Below, in pieces: positions 40,165-51,942 of a DNA stretch of 64,000 nt. The notes beneath the pieces are model-generated. The model had not been told where the DNA came from. It saw only the letters and a program-made list of their open reading frames with translations, and did no database searches. The number at the start of each line of letters is the position of its first letter. The stretch's first letter is position 1. Position numbers and translations under genes: made by a program. The DNA is from Deltaproteobacteria bacterium (GTDB lineage Bacteria > Desulfobacterota > Deferrimicrobia > Deferrimicrobiales > Deferrimicrobiaceae), in contig JBLNEW010000012.1 of NCBI GenBank assembly GCA_050263095.1, forward strand, positions 7,572 to 71,571, given 5' to 3'.

Positions 40165-42177
40165 GTGCAGCGCCCTACGCGAACCCGCTCCATGCCTGTC
40201 TTCGCCACCGGCGCGCTCCTCACGCTGCTCATGGGCGCCCTGTGCCTGTGGCCTCCGCCCCTGGCCGTATTCCTGGACGGGAAGATCTACGACTCGTTCA
40301 TGCGCTCCACACGCCGTCCCGCGAACACGGGATCCGTGACGATCGTGGACCTGGACGAGGCCAGCCTCGAAAAGATAGGACAGTGGCCGTGGCCGCGCTA
40401 TCGCGTTGCCCGTCTCCTCTTGAAGATCCGTGAAGCGGGAGCCGCGGCGGTCGGGCTCGACATGGTCTTCGCCGAGCCGGACCGGACGTCCCTCAACTCC
40501 CTTTCAGGCGAGATCCGCCGCGACCTCGGCGCCGGGATGGCCCTTGCGGGGATACCGCCCGACGCGCTGGACACGGACCGCGCCCTTGCCCAGGCACTCT
40601 CCGGCGTTCCCGCCGTTCTCGGGTACCAGTTCGACTTCGGCTCCCCCCGCGGGCGGTCTTGCGTCCTGCACCCGCTTCGGGCCGCGATCCGCTCGGACGG
40701 AGGCGAGGACGAATCCATGGGACTGTTCGACGCTCCGGGAGTAGTCTGCAACCTGCCCGTTCTTTCCCGCGCGGCGGGCTCGTCGGGCTTTTTCAACGTA
40801 ACGCCCGACTCCGACGGCATGTTGCGCCGCGTTCCGCTCGTTATCCGCCACAAGGGCGCGCTCTACCCGAGCCTTGCCCTGGCGGTCTACCTGCGCGCCC
40901 GCGGCGGCGACGCCGTGCTGGAGGCGGGTCCTGAGGGGATCGAGGCTCTGCGGATTTCCGGAAGGAGCATCCCCCTGGACAGGCGGGGGAACCTGGTGGT
41001 GAACTACCGCGGCCGGCGAAAGGTATTCACCCACGTCTCCGCGGCTTCCGTCCTGGACGGGACCGCGGATCCCGCAGCGCTCTCGGGCAAGATCGCGATC
41101 CTGGGAACGACGGCCGCGGGGCTCCACGAGATCAGGACCACCCCGCTTGAGGCCGCCCAGCCGGGCGCCGAGATACACGCCACGGTCATCGACAACCTTC
41201 TGGCGGAGGACCCGATCGCGCAGCCCCGGTGGGCGCGGGGACTCCAGATCTTTCTCGTCGTAGTCCCCGGCTTCCTGATGACGGCCCTCCTGGCGCGGGC
41301 GCGCGCCTTATGGGGACTGGTCGCCGTCGTTCCCGCCACCGGCGGAGTCTGGCTCGGCGCATGGTGGCTCCTCGCCGGCCACCGTGTCTTCCTGTCGCCG
41401 CTCATGCCGGCGGCTACTCTCGCGCTCGTTTTCTCCCTTCTCACTTCGCTGCGCTACCATCAGGCCGACCGGGAAATGAGGGAGCGGACCCGGAAGCTTG
41501 CCCTCACCCAGGACGCGGTCATCCAGAGCCTCGCCGCGCTGGCGGAGACCCGCCACCACGAGACCGGCGGCCACATCCAGCGGACCCGGCGCTACATGCG
41601 GATACTCGCGATGCGCCTGCGGAACCACCCCCGCTTCAGCGGATATATGGACGACGCGGCGGTGGACCTGCTTTTCCGCCTCGCCCCCCTGCACGATATC
41701 GGGAAGGTGGGAGTTCGCGACCACATCCTTCTCAAGCCCTCGCCTCTGACCCCGGAGGAGTTCGAGGAGATGAAGAAACACACCGTTTACGGGTCCGAGA
41801 CCATAAGGCAGGCGCAGAACTTTTTAGGCGAGGATTCGTTCCTCCAGGTGGCCGACGAGATCGCGCTGAGCCATCACGAGAGGTGGGACGGGACCGGCTA
41901 CCCCCGCGGCCTGCGGGAGGACGAGATCCCCATCCCGGGGCGGCTCATGTCGGTGGCGGACGCCTACGACGCCATCATAAGCGCCCGCGGATACAAGCCG
42001 GCCATGCCGCACGAGGAGGCGGTGCGCATACTTCGCGACGAGAGCGGAACGCACTTCGACCCGGACGTCGTCGATGCCTTCCTCGATACGCAGGAAGAAT
42101 TCCGGCAGGTCGCCGACCGCTTCGGAGGCGAGGTGGTGGAGCCGGAGCCGCCCGCCGGCTTCAGGGGACGCTACTGA
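40165..42177 (+). CDS. CHASE2 sensor domain, HD-GYP c-di-GMP phosphodiesterase
   Basis: N-terminal CHASE2 (IVDLDEASL, GQWPWPR). TM helices. C-terminal HD-GYP (LHDIGKVGV, HHERWDGTGYP). GTG start directly after the OmpA stop. Confidence 0.7.
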   Translation: MQRPTRTRSMPVFATGALLTLLMGALCLWPPPLAVFLDGKIYDSFMRSTRRPANTGSVTIVDLDEASLEKIGQWPWPRYRVARLLLKIREAGAAAVGLDMVFAEPDRTSLNSLSGEIRRDLGAGMALAGIPPDALDTDRALAQALSGVPAVLGYQFDFGSPRGRSCVLHPLRAAIRSDGGEDESMGLFDAPGVVCNLPVLSRAAGSSGFFNVTPDSDGMLRRVPLVIRHKGALYPSLALAVYLRARGGDAVLEAGPEGIEALRISGRSIPLDRRGNLVVNYRGRRKVFTHVSAASVLDGTADPAALSGKIAILGTTAAGLHEIRTTPLEAAQPGAEIHATVIDNLLAEDPIAQPRWARGLQIFLVVVPGFLMTALLARARALWGLVAVVPATGGVWLGAWWLLAGHRVFLSPLMPAATLALVFSLLTSLRYHQADREMRERTRKLALTQDAVIQSLAALAETRHHETGGHIQRTRRYMRILAMRLRNHPRFSGYMDDAAVDLLFRLAPLHDIGKVGVRDHILLKPSPLTPEEFEEMKKHTVYGSETIRQAQNFLGEDSFLQVADEIALSHHERWDGTGYPRGLREDEIPIPGRLMSVADAYDAIISARGYKPAMPHEEAVRILRDESGTHFDPDVVDAFLDTQEEFRQVADRFGGEVVEPEPPAGFRGRY

Positions 42178-42959
42178 CCGGCAGTCCCCTGGCGGCCCGG
42201 GCTGCCCGTGCATCCGGCCTTGCGCGCAGGCCACGACTCTCCATGCCTGTCGATTACCAGCACGTCGACGGGCGGGCCTACGCGTTTCGAACCCCCGTCG
42301 ATCACGAGCTGCACAAGGAAGGGAGCTCCGGTTGCGGCCGGCAGGAGGCCGCCCTTTCCGTGCTCGGAGATATGGCGATCGATAGGCCCCCGCTCGCCCA
42401 GGAAGAAATGCATCGTGCCGTTCGGGCAATCCCCCGGGCATACTGACCGCGATGAATCCATATTGACGTTGCCGGACGGATCCTCCGACCCGCGGAATCC
42501 GATTGCCGCCGCGACGGGCCGACCGTCTTCGTACGACGCCAACAGGACCGATGTGATGAAGCCGTCTTCCGCCTTCATCGTTTTGGCGTAAAGGGAAGGG
42601 TCCCTGCGCTTCATCCGCCCGAGATATGAACCGAGCATGCCGGCAATCCGCTCCGATATTTCGTTTACGGCATCCGACATTGTTCTCCGGCGCCCGAGAA
42701 TCTCGGAGACCGTCCCCTCCGCATCGAACTCCCACGGCAGGTCTTTCGCAAGCCCCGCGATCGCGAAGCCGGCGCCGTTGACCGTGAATATCTTGCAGAC
42801 GAGCTGCGTCGATTCGATCCGGTTCCCGCGCGAAGTGCCGAGGCTGTCGGCGGCTATGACCGCCTCAGCCGGGGTCCTGACCCCCACGATCGTCGACGCG
42901 TGCGTCGCGGTCGCCTGGGCCGCAAGGCACAACAGGGCAAACATGACGGCTGCCGGCAT
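42171..42959 (-). CDS. Hypothetical secreted protein
   Basis: Signal peptide. No recognisable domain. Lies upstream of ade in the same orientation. Confidence 0.35.
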   Translation of the reverse strand: MPAAVMFALLCLAAQATATHASTIVGVRTPAEAVIAADSLGTSRGNRIESTQLVCKIFTVNGAGFAIAGLAKDLPWEFDAEGTVSEILGRRRTMSDAVNEISERIAGMLGSYLGRMKRRDPSLYAKTMKAEDGFITSVLLASYEDGRPVAAAIGFRGSEDPSGNVNMDSSRSVCPGDCPNGTMHFFLGERGPIDRHISEHGKGGLLPAATGAPFLVQLVIDGGSKRVGPPVDVLVIDRHGESWPARKAGCTGSPGRQGTAGQ

Positions 42960-42971
42960 GCGTCGTCTCCT

Positions 42972-44633
42972 TTACCCGGAATAATGCGCGGTCCGGTTCG
43001 ATGGTTTCGCAACGACAGCTTCGACGAACCTGCCTTCGTCGACGTCGAACATCCCCAGGTCGCCGATTTTAAGCCGCGGGATCACCAAAAGGCTCAAGAA
43101 AGACATCGCCATGAACGGCCAGTCCGGAAGGCAGCCCATATCGCGGGCGCGCCGCTGCAGGAGCTCGAGCCGGGCGCCCACGTCGCGGGGAGGGTCCGTG
43201 CTCATCAGCCCCGCAATCCCCAGCGGGAGCGAGACCGTGGACCTTCCCGCGGAAAGGCAGAAACCCCCCGATTCGCGAATTATCGTATTGACCGCGCATG
43301 CCATGTCCGCCGGGTCCGCGCCGACGACCACGATGTTGTGGGCGTCGTGGGCCACGCTCGATGCGATCGCTCCGGATTTAAGACCGAAACCCTTCACAAA
43401 GCCGCAGCTGACCGGGGCGTCGCGATAACGGTTAACCACGGAGATCGAAAGTATGTCCCTCCCGGGGTCCGGCGCCACGCGGCCCGTCTCGACGCGCATC
43501 GCGGCGGTTTCCCACTCCGTCACTATCTCGTCGCGGACGGCTACGATCACGCGGACCTCGGCCGTTTTGCCGGACGCCGCAACGGTGAAGTCGGTATCCC
43601 GCCTCGGGGCGACGGAAATCGTTCCCGCCAGCTTCACCGGGCTCGCCTCGAACACGGGCGCCCCCCCGGCGGCCGCGAGCGTTCCGCCTATGTACACCTC
43701 ATCGACCTTGAAGGAGGACATGTCCCTCACCCTTGCGATGTCGGCCGCGCGGCCGGGTGCGATGGCCCCCGACGGCAGCCGGTAATGCAGCGCCGGACGG
43801 ATGGTGACGGCCCTGACGGCGTGGATGGGATCGATCCCGGACGCCACCGCCTGGGCAAGCGTACCGTCCAGGTGTCCATGCAGCAGGTCGGGAGCAAGCT
43901 TGTCGTCCGACACGAGGAAAAAATCGTTCTCTTTCGCGAAAGGGACAAGCGCCGGCAGGTTTTTGGCGACCGAACCCTGCCGCACCATGATCCGCATCCC
44001 CAGGGAATGCTTCTCAAGCGCCTCCTTCGCGCTTGTGCACTCGTGGTCGGTCGAAATTCCAAGATTTATGTATTTCATTAGATTATCGCCTGCAAGCAGT
44101 GGACAATGGCCATCAATCGGCTTTCCGGCACTGCGCGCCGCCTGGATCTTCGCCATGACTGCGGGATCGCGCGAGACCGCTCCGCGATAGTTCATGACCT
44201 CCCCCAGGGCCACCACATCCCCCTCCCGCAGGAGGCTCTCGACCTCCCCTGCCCCCAGTTCCGCGCCCGCGGTTTCGTACGGAGTGGCCGGGACGCAGGA
44301 AGGGGCGGTGAAATAGACCCGCAAGGGCGATCCCGCGGCGTCCCGCCGCATGTAGGAAATTCCCGGCAGGCCCAGGACGTTGGCGATTTCATGCGGGTCC
44401 GTGACTACGGCCGTGGTCCCGTGGGGGACGACAGCCTCGGCGAACCGGGAAGGACAAAGCAGGGACGAGTCCACGTGTATGTGGGAATCGATGAAGCCCG
44501 GCAGAAGGAATCCCGAAAACGTCCCGGAAATGCGCTCAACGGCGATGATTACCCCGTCCCTGTGGACGACCCTCCCCGGGAATACTTCTCCCGAGATCAC
44601 ATCGACGATATTTCCTTCGATGCAACGGTTCAT
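42972..44633 (-). CDS. ade: Adenine deaminase
   Basis: Amidohydrolase motifs FIDSHIH and TDHE. Typical Ade length (553 aa). Confidence 0.8.
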   Translation of the reverse strand: MNRCIEGNIVDVISGEVFPGRVVHRDGVIIAVERISGTFSGFLLPGFIDSHIHVDSSLLCPSRFAEAVVPHGTTAVVTDPHEIANVLGLPGISYMRRDAAGSPLRVYFTAPSCVPATPYETAGAELGAGEVESLLREGDVVALGEVMNYRGAVSRDPAVMAKIQAARSAGKPIDGHCPLLAGDNLMKYINLGISTDHECTSAKEALEKHSLGMRIMVRQGSVAKNLPALVPFAKENDFFLVSDDKLAPDLLHGHLDGTLAQAVASGIDPIHAVRAVTIRPALHYRLPSGAIAPGRAADIARVRDMSSFKVDEVYIGGTLAAAGGAPVFEASPVKLAGTISVAPRRDTDFTVAASGKTAEVRVIVAVRDEIVTEWETAAMRVETGRVAPDPGRDILSISVVNRYRDAPVSCGFVKGFGLKSGAIASSVAHDAHNIVVVGADPADMACAVNTIIRESGGFCLSAGRSTVSLPLGIAGLMSTDPPRDVGARLELLQRRARDMGCLPDWPFMAMSFLSLLVIPRLKIGDLGMFDVDEGRFVEAVVAKPSNRTAHYSG

Positions 44634-44752
44634 CTCCGGCGCGCTCCGCCGTCGAACATGTTCGCCCTTTTTCCGGGCAGGGTTACGGCAAAAAGCCTTT
44701 AATGCTATCGTAGCACTGCCCGATCAATCCGAAATAAGGCAAGAGGCGTTAT

Positions 44753-45283
44753 TTGAGCCCGGAAAAGCCTGCCCTGCTCATCACCGAAGAGGCGATAAGG
44801 CGGCGCGTGGCGGAAATGGCGCGGACCATCTCCTCGGATTACGCCGAAGTGGACGACCTGCTCCTGGTGGGCATCCTCCGCGGCTGCTTCATCTTCCTTG
44901 CCGATCTTTCCCGCCGGCTTTCGATTCCGCGGTCCATCGACTTCATGGCGGTCTCTTCGTACGGACGGTCAACGACGTCGACCGGCGCCGTGCGCCTGAT
45001 CATGGACCTGCGGACCGAGATCGCGGGAAAACACGTCCTTATCGTCGACGATATCGTCGACACCGGCTACACGCTCCAATACCTCATGGAGGCGTTGAAG
45101 CCGCGCATGCCGGCGTCCCTGAAGACGTGCGTTTTCTTAAGGAAGCGGGAGAGTTTCAGGATGGATTGGGAAATCGACTACGTCGGATTCGACATCCCCG
45201 ATCTATGGGTCGTGGGGTACGGACTCGATTATGCGGACCGGCATCGCACCCTTCCTTACATAGGATCCGTGAAGGCCGGCTGA
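44753..45283 (+). CDS. hpt: Hypoxanthine-guanine phosphoribosyltransferase
   Basis: PRPP-binding VLIVDDIVDTGYT. TTG start with AAGAGG RBS. Confidence 0.8.
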   Translation: MSPEKPALLITEEAIRRRVAEMARTISSDYAEVDDLLLVGILRGCFIFLADLSRRLSIPRSIDFMAVSSYGRSTTSTGAVRLIMDLRTEIAGKHVLIVDDIVDTGYTLQYLMEALKPRMPASLKTCVFLRKRESFRMDWEIDYVGFDIPDLWVVGYGLDYADRHRTLPYIGSVKAG

Positions 45284-45311
45284 ACGGGACACCGTCCGTT
45301 CGCGGCTCATT

Positions 45312-47444
45312 TCAGCCGTCCAGGGTCTCCCGGACCTTCCTTCCCAGGTCTTCCGGCGAAAACGGCTTCTGGAGGAACGAGGTGCAGCTTTCCACTATCC
45401 CGTGATAGGCAAGGGAGTTGTCGGAATATCCGGATATGTACATCGTTTTCATCTCCGGCCGAACCAGGGAAATTCTCCTGGACAGTTCGACGCCGCTCAT
45501 CTCCGGCATCACGATGTCCGTCACGAGCAGGTGGATCCTGTCTCCGTAGCGTTCGCAGACCCCAAGGGCCTCCACCCCGTTGCAGGAATCCAGGACCCTG
45601 TATCCGCTCCTTTCCAGGACTTCTCTAAGCAGCTTTCGGACCGTATCGTCGTCTTCCACCAGCAAGACCGTCTCCGATCCGCGAAAACGCCCGGAAGGGG
45701 CGGCATGGGCGATCGACTCGGGCCTCTCCTCCACCCGGGGGAGATAGATCTTGAAATTCGTGCCCCGCCCGGGCTCGCTGTAAACCCAGATGTATCCCCC
45801 GCTGTTCTTCACGATCCCGTACACCACCGAGAGGCCCAATCCCGTCCCCTTCTCGCCTTCCTTCGTGGTGAAGAACGGATCGAATATCTGCCGCTTCGTC
45901 TCCCCGTCCATCCCGGACCCGTTGTCGCTCACCACGAGCATCGCGTAGCTGCCCGGGCGCACGGGGATGTTCTCGAATATCCTTACGTCGTCCAGCTGCA
46001 CGTTCGAGGTCTCGATCGACAGCTTGCCGCCGCGCGGCATCGCGTCGCGTGCGTTCACCGCCAGGTTTATGATCACCTGCTCGATCTGGCCGGGGTCCGA
46101 CTTCACCGGCCACAATCCGGGATCCAGGACGGTGCGTATCTCGATGTCCTCGCCGATAAGCCTTCGCAGCATCGATTCAAGGCCGAGCACCAGCCCGTTC
46201 AGGTCCAATACCTTTGCCTGGGCCGCCTGCTGGCGGCTGAAGGTCAGCAATTGCCTGGTGAGCGTGCCGGCGCGCTCTCCCGCCTTCCGTATTTCCTCGA
46301 CGTTTCCGCGCCGCGGATCGTCCTCATCCAACTGGGTCAGGAGAAGGTCGCTGTAACCGTCGATGGCCGTGAGGATGTTGTTGAAGTCGTGCGAAACGCC
46401 GGCCGCCAGCCGTCCCACCGCCTCCATTTTAGCCGCCTGGAAAATCTGTTTCTTGAGCTTGCGCCGCTCCTCCTCCGCCATCCTGCGTTCCGTGATGTTT
46501 TCGATAACGGACATGACCCCTTGCATGTCGCCGCTTTCCTGGCGCAGGGGCGCGGCGGAAAACCTGATGTCCACCTGGGTTCCATCCTTGCTCCGGCGCC
46601 TGGCCTCCACCCCTGTCAGCGTCTCGCCGTCCAGCACCCTCGCGCGCAGCGCCCGGCTCTCCTCTTCGTCGCACTCATGGACCGTCGGGTCCGGGCGGCC
46701 GGCCACTTCGCTCTCTTTCCACCCGAATATCTTCTCCGCCGCCCGGTTCCACATCCTCACGTTTCCATCGGTATCGTGGACCACGATGACCAGGGGCGAT
46801 GCATGAACGAGCGTATGGAGCGCCCGGTAGACGTCTCTGCGCCTGAACTCCGGAACGGGCGAATCGGAATCCCTTCCGGCGGCCGCGGTGCGGGTAGTCC
46901 GCAGCATGTAGCGCGCGCGATGGCCCAGGATCAGGCAGTTGAACGGCTTCGTCACGAAATCCGTGGCGCCGACCTCGTATGCGCGATTGATCGATTCGAC
47001 GTCGTCCAAGACCGTCATCATCATTATCGGGACGTGGCTGCCTCCCGGCATCCTGCGAAGGGCGGCGCAGACTTCGAAGCCGTCGATATCATCCATCAGC
47101 ACGTCGAGCAATACTATGTCCGGCATGAAGCGGCCGAATGCCGCGAGCGCTGCGGTTCCGCTCTCCGCTTCCTCTACGGCAAATCCGGCTCCGGAGAGGG
47201 ATGCGGAGGCAAGAAGGCGGGTCGTCTTCTCGTCGTCCACGATCAGCGCCAGCGGGCGGTCGCTTTCCGCCCGTTTCCTGTACCCGGCGCCCTTGCTGAA
47301 GGCGTCTATCGAGAAACTCACGACCTTTCCGAATGAATCTCGTTCAAACAGCGGGAATTGTTCTAAAGACGCCGCATTGCGCGTTAATATTGTTGATTCC
47401 CCACCGACATCTTTGGAATATGCGCTCATCGCATCCGCCCTCAA
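45312..47444 (-). CDS. Cytoplasmic hybrid histidine kinase (REC, PAS, HisKA, HATPase, REC)
   Basis: N-terminal receiver (LIVDDE...DIVLLDVLM). PAS. H-box SHDFNNILTAI. C-terminal receiver (LLVEDDD...LLVTDIVMP). Confidence 0.75.
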   Translation of the reverse strand: MRADAMSAYSKDVGGESTILTRNAASLEQFPLFERDSFGKVVSFSIDAFSKGAGYRKRAESDRPLALIVDDEKTTRLLASASLSGAGFAVEEAESGTAALAAFGRFMPDIVLLDVLMDDIDGFEVCAALRRMPGGSHVPIMMMTVLDDVESINRAYEVGATDFVTKPFNCLILGHRARYMLRTTRTAAAGRDSDSPVPEFRRRDVYRALHTLVHASPLVIVVHDTDGNVRMWNRAAEKIFGWKESEVAGRPDPTVHECDEEESRALRARVLDGETLTGVEARRRSKDGTQVDIRFSAAPLRQESGDMQGVMSVIENITERRMAEEERRKLKKQIFQAAKMEAVGRLAAGVSHDFNNILTAIDGYSDLLLTQLDEDDPRRGNVEEIRKAGERAGTLTRQLLTFSRQQAAQAKVLDLNGLVLGLESMLRRLIGEDIEIRTVLDPGLWPVKSDPGQIEQVIINLAVNARDAMPRGGKLSIETSNVQLDDVRIFENIPVRPGSYAMLVVSDNGSGMDGETKRQIFDPFFTTKEGEKGTGLGLSVVYGIVKNSGGYIWVYSEPGRGTNFKIYLPRVEERPESIAHAAPSGRFRGSETVLLVEDDDTVRKLLREVLERSGYRVLDSCNGVEALGVCERYGDRIHLLVTDIVMPEMSGVELSRRISLVRPEMKTMYISGYSDNSLAYHGIVESCTSFLQKPFSPEDLGRKVRETLDG

Positions 47445-47547
47445 TGTTACATTACGGAAATATTTAGCATAACTTCAATACAATTTTGAAATTACGATAA
47501 AAAAAATGACGGAACGGGTGGCAGGAACGACTGATGCGCCTGATCGG

Positions 47548-47865
47548 CTAGTCCAAGTCGATGTCGCGAACCGGCTTGGACGGCAACGGCTCGTCCTTGG
47601 CTTTTTCCAGGAAGTCCTTGAACCTTCTGTCCATCTCGGTGCCGCGCCCCTTCTCCGCCTCGACGATCTGCTGATATCTCTTATGTATGCGGGACGACTC
47701 TTCCTGAAGCAGCTTCCCGGCGTGCTTCAGGTCGGCCTCCTTGCGCGGGTTGACGGGATCGCGGCTTTCCAGGACGGCGCTGCTCGAGGCGTCCACGACG
47801 AGATGCGTCCCGCATCTGGGGCAGTCGACCTCCACTACGGGCTTGCTGCCGGTCTTATCGGACAT
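47548..47865 (-). CDS. Zinc-ribbon small protein (hypothetical)
   Basis: CPRCGTH zinc-ribbon motif at the N-terminus. Charged helical tail. AT-rich promoter region shared divergently with pckA. Confidence 0.35.
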   Translation of the reverse strand: MSDKTGSKPVVEVDCPRCGTHLVVDASSSAVLESRDPVNPRKEADLKHAGKLLQEESSRIHKRYQQIVEAEKGRGTEMDRRFKDFLEKAKDEPLPSKPVRDIDLD

Positions 47866-47945
47866 GGTCGCGACTCCCCTGCGGCGCGTTATTTTATATA
47901 TTATTATACGGATAAAATATCATACGGAGAAAAGAGGCGAGGAGA

Positions 47946-49565
<1,620 letters not shown>

Positions 49566-49650
49566 CGCGGTTCGGATTCAACCGGGATCCTTTCCTTTTC
49601 CCCGTGAATCTAAATTTCGTGAATCCAGGAGGAAGAGGGGGAGGTTTGCG

Positions 49651-50553
49651 ATGAAATCGCCATTCGTCATCTGCGGAGCGACAGGGAACGTGGGGAGGAA
49701 GATCGCCGACATCTTATTGACCGCCGGGGAGCCGGTTCGCGTCATAGGGAGGGAGCGGGTCCGGCTGGGACCCCTCGCCGCCAAGGGTGCGGAGCCGTGG
49801 CCGGGCGACATCGGGGACGCGTCCTTCCTGGCGAAAGCATTCGCAGGGGCCCGCGCGGTGTTCGCCATGATCCCGCCCAAACACGACGCCGCGGACCACA
49901 GGGGCTATCAGAACCGGATCGCGGAAACGGTGGCGGCGGCGATCGCGAAGGCCCGCGTCCCTCGCGTAGTCGCCTTGAGCAGCATCGGGGCGCACCTTTC
50001 GGAGGGATCGGGTCCGATACTGGGACTTCACCATCTCGAGAACAAGCTGGGCGAGCTCCGCGACGCGGCGGCGGTCCACCTGCGGCCCGGCTACTTCATG
50101 GAGAACCACCTCTGGAGCATCTCCGTGATACGCGAACACGGTGTCGCGGGAAGCCCTGTCCGGCCCGACGTCCCGATTCCCATGGTCGCGACGAAGGACA
50201 TTGCGCACGCCGCGTCCCGCCTGCTGCTGGAAGGGACGTTCACCGGGCACGCCGTCCGTTACCTTCTGGGACCGCGCGACCTGACGTTGTCGGAGGCCGC
50301 CGGCATCCTCGGCAGGGCGATCGGGAAGCCGGACCTCCGGTACGTCCAGTTCCCCGAAGAGGAGGCGCGCAAAGCCATGTCCGCGATGGGAATGTCCGCG
50401 AGCGCGGTCGATGCCATGCTCGAGATGCAACGCGGCTTCAACGAGGGGAAAATCCGCCCGACCCGGGATCGGGACGTGGGGAGCACAACGCCTACGACTC
50501 TGGAGGAGTTCGCCGAAACCGTTTTCGCCGCGGCGTACCGCAGGGCGGCCTGA
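49651..50553 (+). CDS. NmrA-like NAD(P)-binding protein
   Basis: CGATGNVG Rossmann motif. NmrA/atypical SDR family length. Confidence 0.65.
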   Translation: MKSPFVICGATGNVGRKIADILLTAGEPVRVIGRERVRLGPLAAKGAEPWPGDIGDASFLAKAFAGARAVFAMIPPKHDAADHRGYQNRIAETVAAAIAKARVPRVVALSSIGAHLSEGSGPILGLHHLENKLGELRDAAAVHLRPGYFMENHLWSISVIREHGVAGSPVRPDVPIPMVATKDIAHAASRLLLEGTFTGHAVRYLLGPRDLTLSEAAGILGRAIGKPDLRYVQFPEEEARKAMSAMGMSASAVDAMLEMQRGFNEGKIRPTRDRDVGSTTPTTLEEFAETVFAAAYRRAA

Positions 50554-50587
50554 ATCGAAGTCGTGATGGCATAGAAGCGAAGCGATC

Positions 50588-51259
50588 ATGTGCGGGCGAT
50601 TCACGCTGTTCGAATCCGGCCGGATCCTTTCGAAGATGTTCGACGCCCCCCTTTCGGACGCCCCTGCCTCGAGATACAACATAGCCCCGTCCCAGACGGT
50701 CCTTGTGGTCCGTCGCGCCCAGGGATCGGGACGGCGCGAGTTCGCCCTCGTCCGGTGGGGGCTTGTCCCTTCCTGGGCCGGGGACCCGGCGATCGGAAAC
50801 CGGCTCATCAACGCCCGCTCCGAGACCGCGCACGAAAAACCCGCGTTCCGGGCCGCCTACAGGAGCCGGCGCTGCCTTATCCCGACGAGCGGTTTCTACG
50901 AATGGCGGCGGCTCGAGCGGGCGAAGCAGCCGTACTTCATCCGCATGACTGACGGACGGCCCTTCGCCTTCGCCGGATTGTGGGAGCATTGGGAAGGGCC
51001 GGACGGAAACGCGATCGAATCGTGCGCGATCCTGACGACCGGATCGAACCGGGTCCTCTCGCCCATCCACGACCGGATGCCAGCGATCATCGGCCCCGGG
51101 GACTACGACCGCTGGCTCGATCCCGCGGACCGAAAGCCGGAATCGGCGAGCCCCCTTCTTGCGCCGTACGATCCCGATGAAATGACATCCTACCCGGTGA
51201 GCGCCCGCGTCAACAGCCCGGCGATCGACGACAAGGCGTGCATAGCCTCTCTCTCGTAG
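50588..51259 (+). CDS. yedK: SOS response-associated peptidase (SRAP/YedK/HMCES family) abasic-site processing protein
   Basis: Starts MCGRF (catalytic Cys2). Conserved SRAP motifs (NARSET, FYEW). Immediately upstream of lexA. Confidence 0.8.
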   Translation: MCGRFTLFESGRILSKMFDAPLSDAPASRYNIAPSQTVLVVRRAQGSGRREFALVRWGLVPSWAGDPAIGNRLINARSETAHEKPAFRAAYRSRRCLIPTSGFYEWRRLERAKQPYFIRMTDGRPFAFAGLWEHWEGPDGNAIESCAILTTGSNRVLSPIHDRMPAIIGPGDYDRWLDPADRKPESASPLLAPYDPDEMTSYPVSARVNSPAIDDKACIASLS

Positions 51260-51265
51260 CCGACG

Positions 51266-51295
51266 GTCAGCAGGTATGTTAGCATACCCTCATGG
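51266..51295. promoter_or_regulatory. Putative LexA operator (GGTATGTTAGCATACC) overlapping the lexA start
   Basis: 16-bp core GGTATG-N4-CATACC, 4 nt before the lexA ATG. Related to the 30-bp palindromes at 51913 and 58076. Confidence 0.55.
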
Positions 51296-51903
51296 GCGCT
51301 CCACTCACCCGGTCGCAGCGGCAGGTCCTGGCGTTCATCCGGGAGTTCATCGCGCGCCACAGGTTCGCCCCCACGGCCAGGGAGATCGCCGCGCGCTTCG
51401 GCATCGCCGAGAAGAACGGCTTCTACTACCTGGACGTCCTCGAGCGCAAGGGGTTTTTAAGGCGCGGAAAGCACCAGCCCCGGCGGATCGAGCTCCTTGG
51501 AGAGCCCCTGCCCCGGACTCCGGCGCGGGTGCCCGTCCTGGGCCGCGTCCCGGCAGGCAACCCCCTGGAAGCGTTAGAGGAGATCGAGGAAGAGCTGTTC
51601 CTGGACCCCTCCCTGCTGGGAGAAGGGGAAGTCTTCTCCCTGCGCGTCAAGGGGGACAGCATGGAAGGCGCCCACATCTGCGACGGGGATTACGTCCTGG
51701 TCAGGGCGCAGCAGGACGCCGAGGGAGGGGAAATCGTCGTGGCGGTGATCGACGGAGATGCCACGGTCAAGAGGTTCCGCCGGCAGCGCGGCAAGGTAAA
51801 GCTCGAGGCGGCCAACCCGTCCTACCCGCCGATCGCCGTCCCCGCCGACTCGCCCCATTTCCGCATCGCAGGCAAGGTCATCGGGGTCTTCCGGAAAATG
51901 TAG
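51292..51903 (+). CDS. lexA: LexA repressor
   Basis: N-terminal winged HTH. Ala-Gly cleavage-site region. S24 peptidase Ser...Lys dyad (GDSMEG ... KRF). Confidence 0.85.
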   Translation: MGAPLTRSQRQVLAFIREFIARHRFAPTAREIAARFGIAEKNGFYYLDVLERKGFLRRGKHQPRRIELLGEPLPRTPARVPVLGRVPAGNPLEALEEIEEELFLDPSLLGEGEVFSLRVKGDSMEGAHICDGDYVLVRAQQDAEGGEIVVAVIDGDATVKRFRRQRGKVKLEAANPSYPPIAVPADSPHFRIAGKVIGVFRKM

Positions 51904-51912
51904 GCCAGGCCG

Positions 51913-51942
51913 CCATATAGGTATGTTAACATACCTATATGG
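51913..51942. promoter_or_regulatory. Perfect 30-bp palindrome CCATATAGGTATGTTAACATACCTATATGG (putative LexA operator) overlapping the downstream start codon
   Basis: The reverse complement is identical. The ATG of the next gene (51939) lies inside the right arm. Confidence 0.6.

Noticed and set aside
44634-44752. Possible purine riboswitch or attenuator between ade and hpt (GGGCAG...CTGCCC stem)
   Set aside because: No match to the conserved purine-riboswitch core (no UAUA / CCGUAAAU-like junction elements). At most a simple hairpin in a divergent promoter region.
51913-51942. 30-bp palindromes as terminal repeats of a MITE or insertion element
   Set aside because: Each copy is single (not paired around an insert) and sits exactly on a start codon of SOS-type genes. 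No transposase or integrase in the window. An operator is the better explanation.
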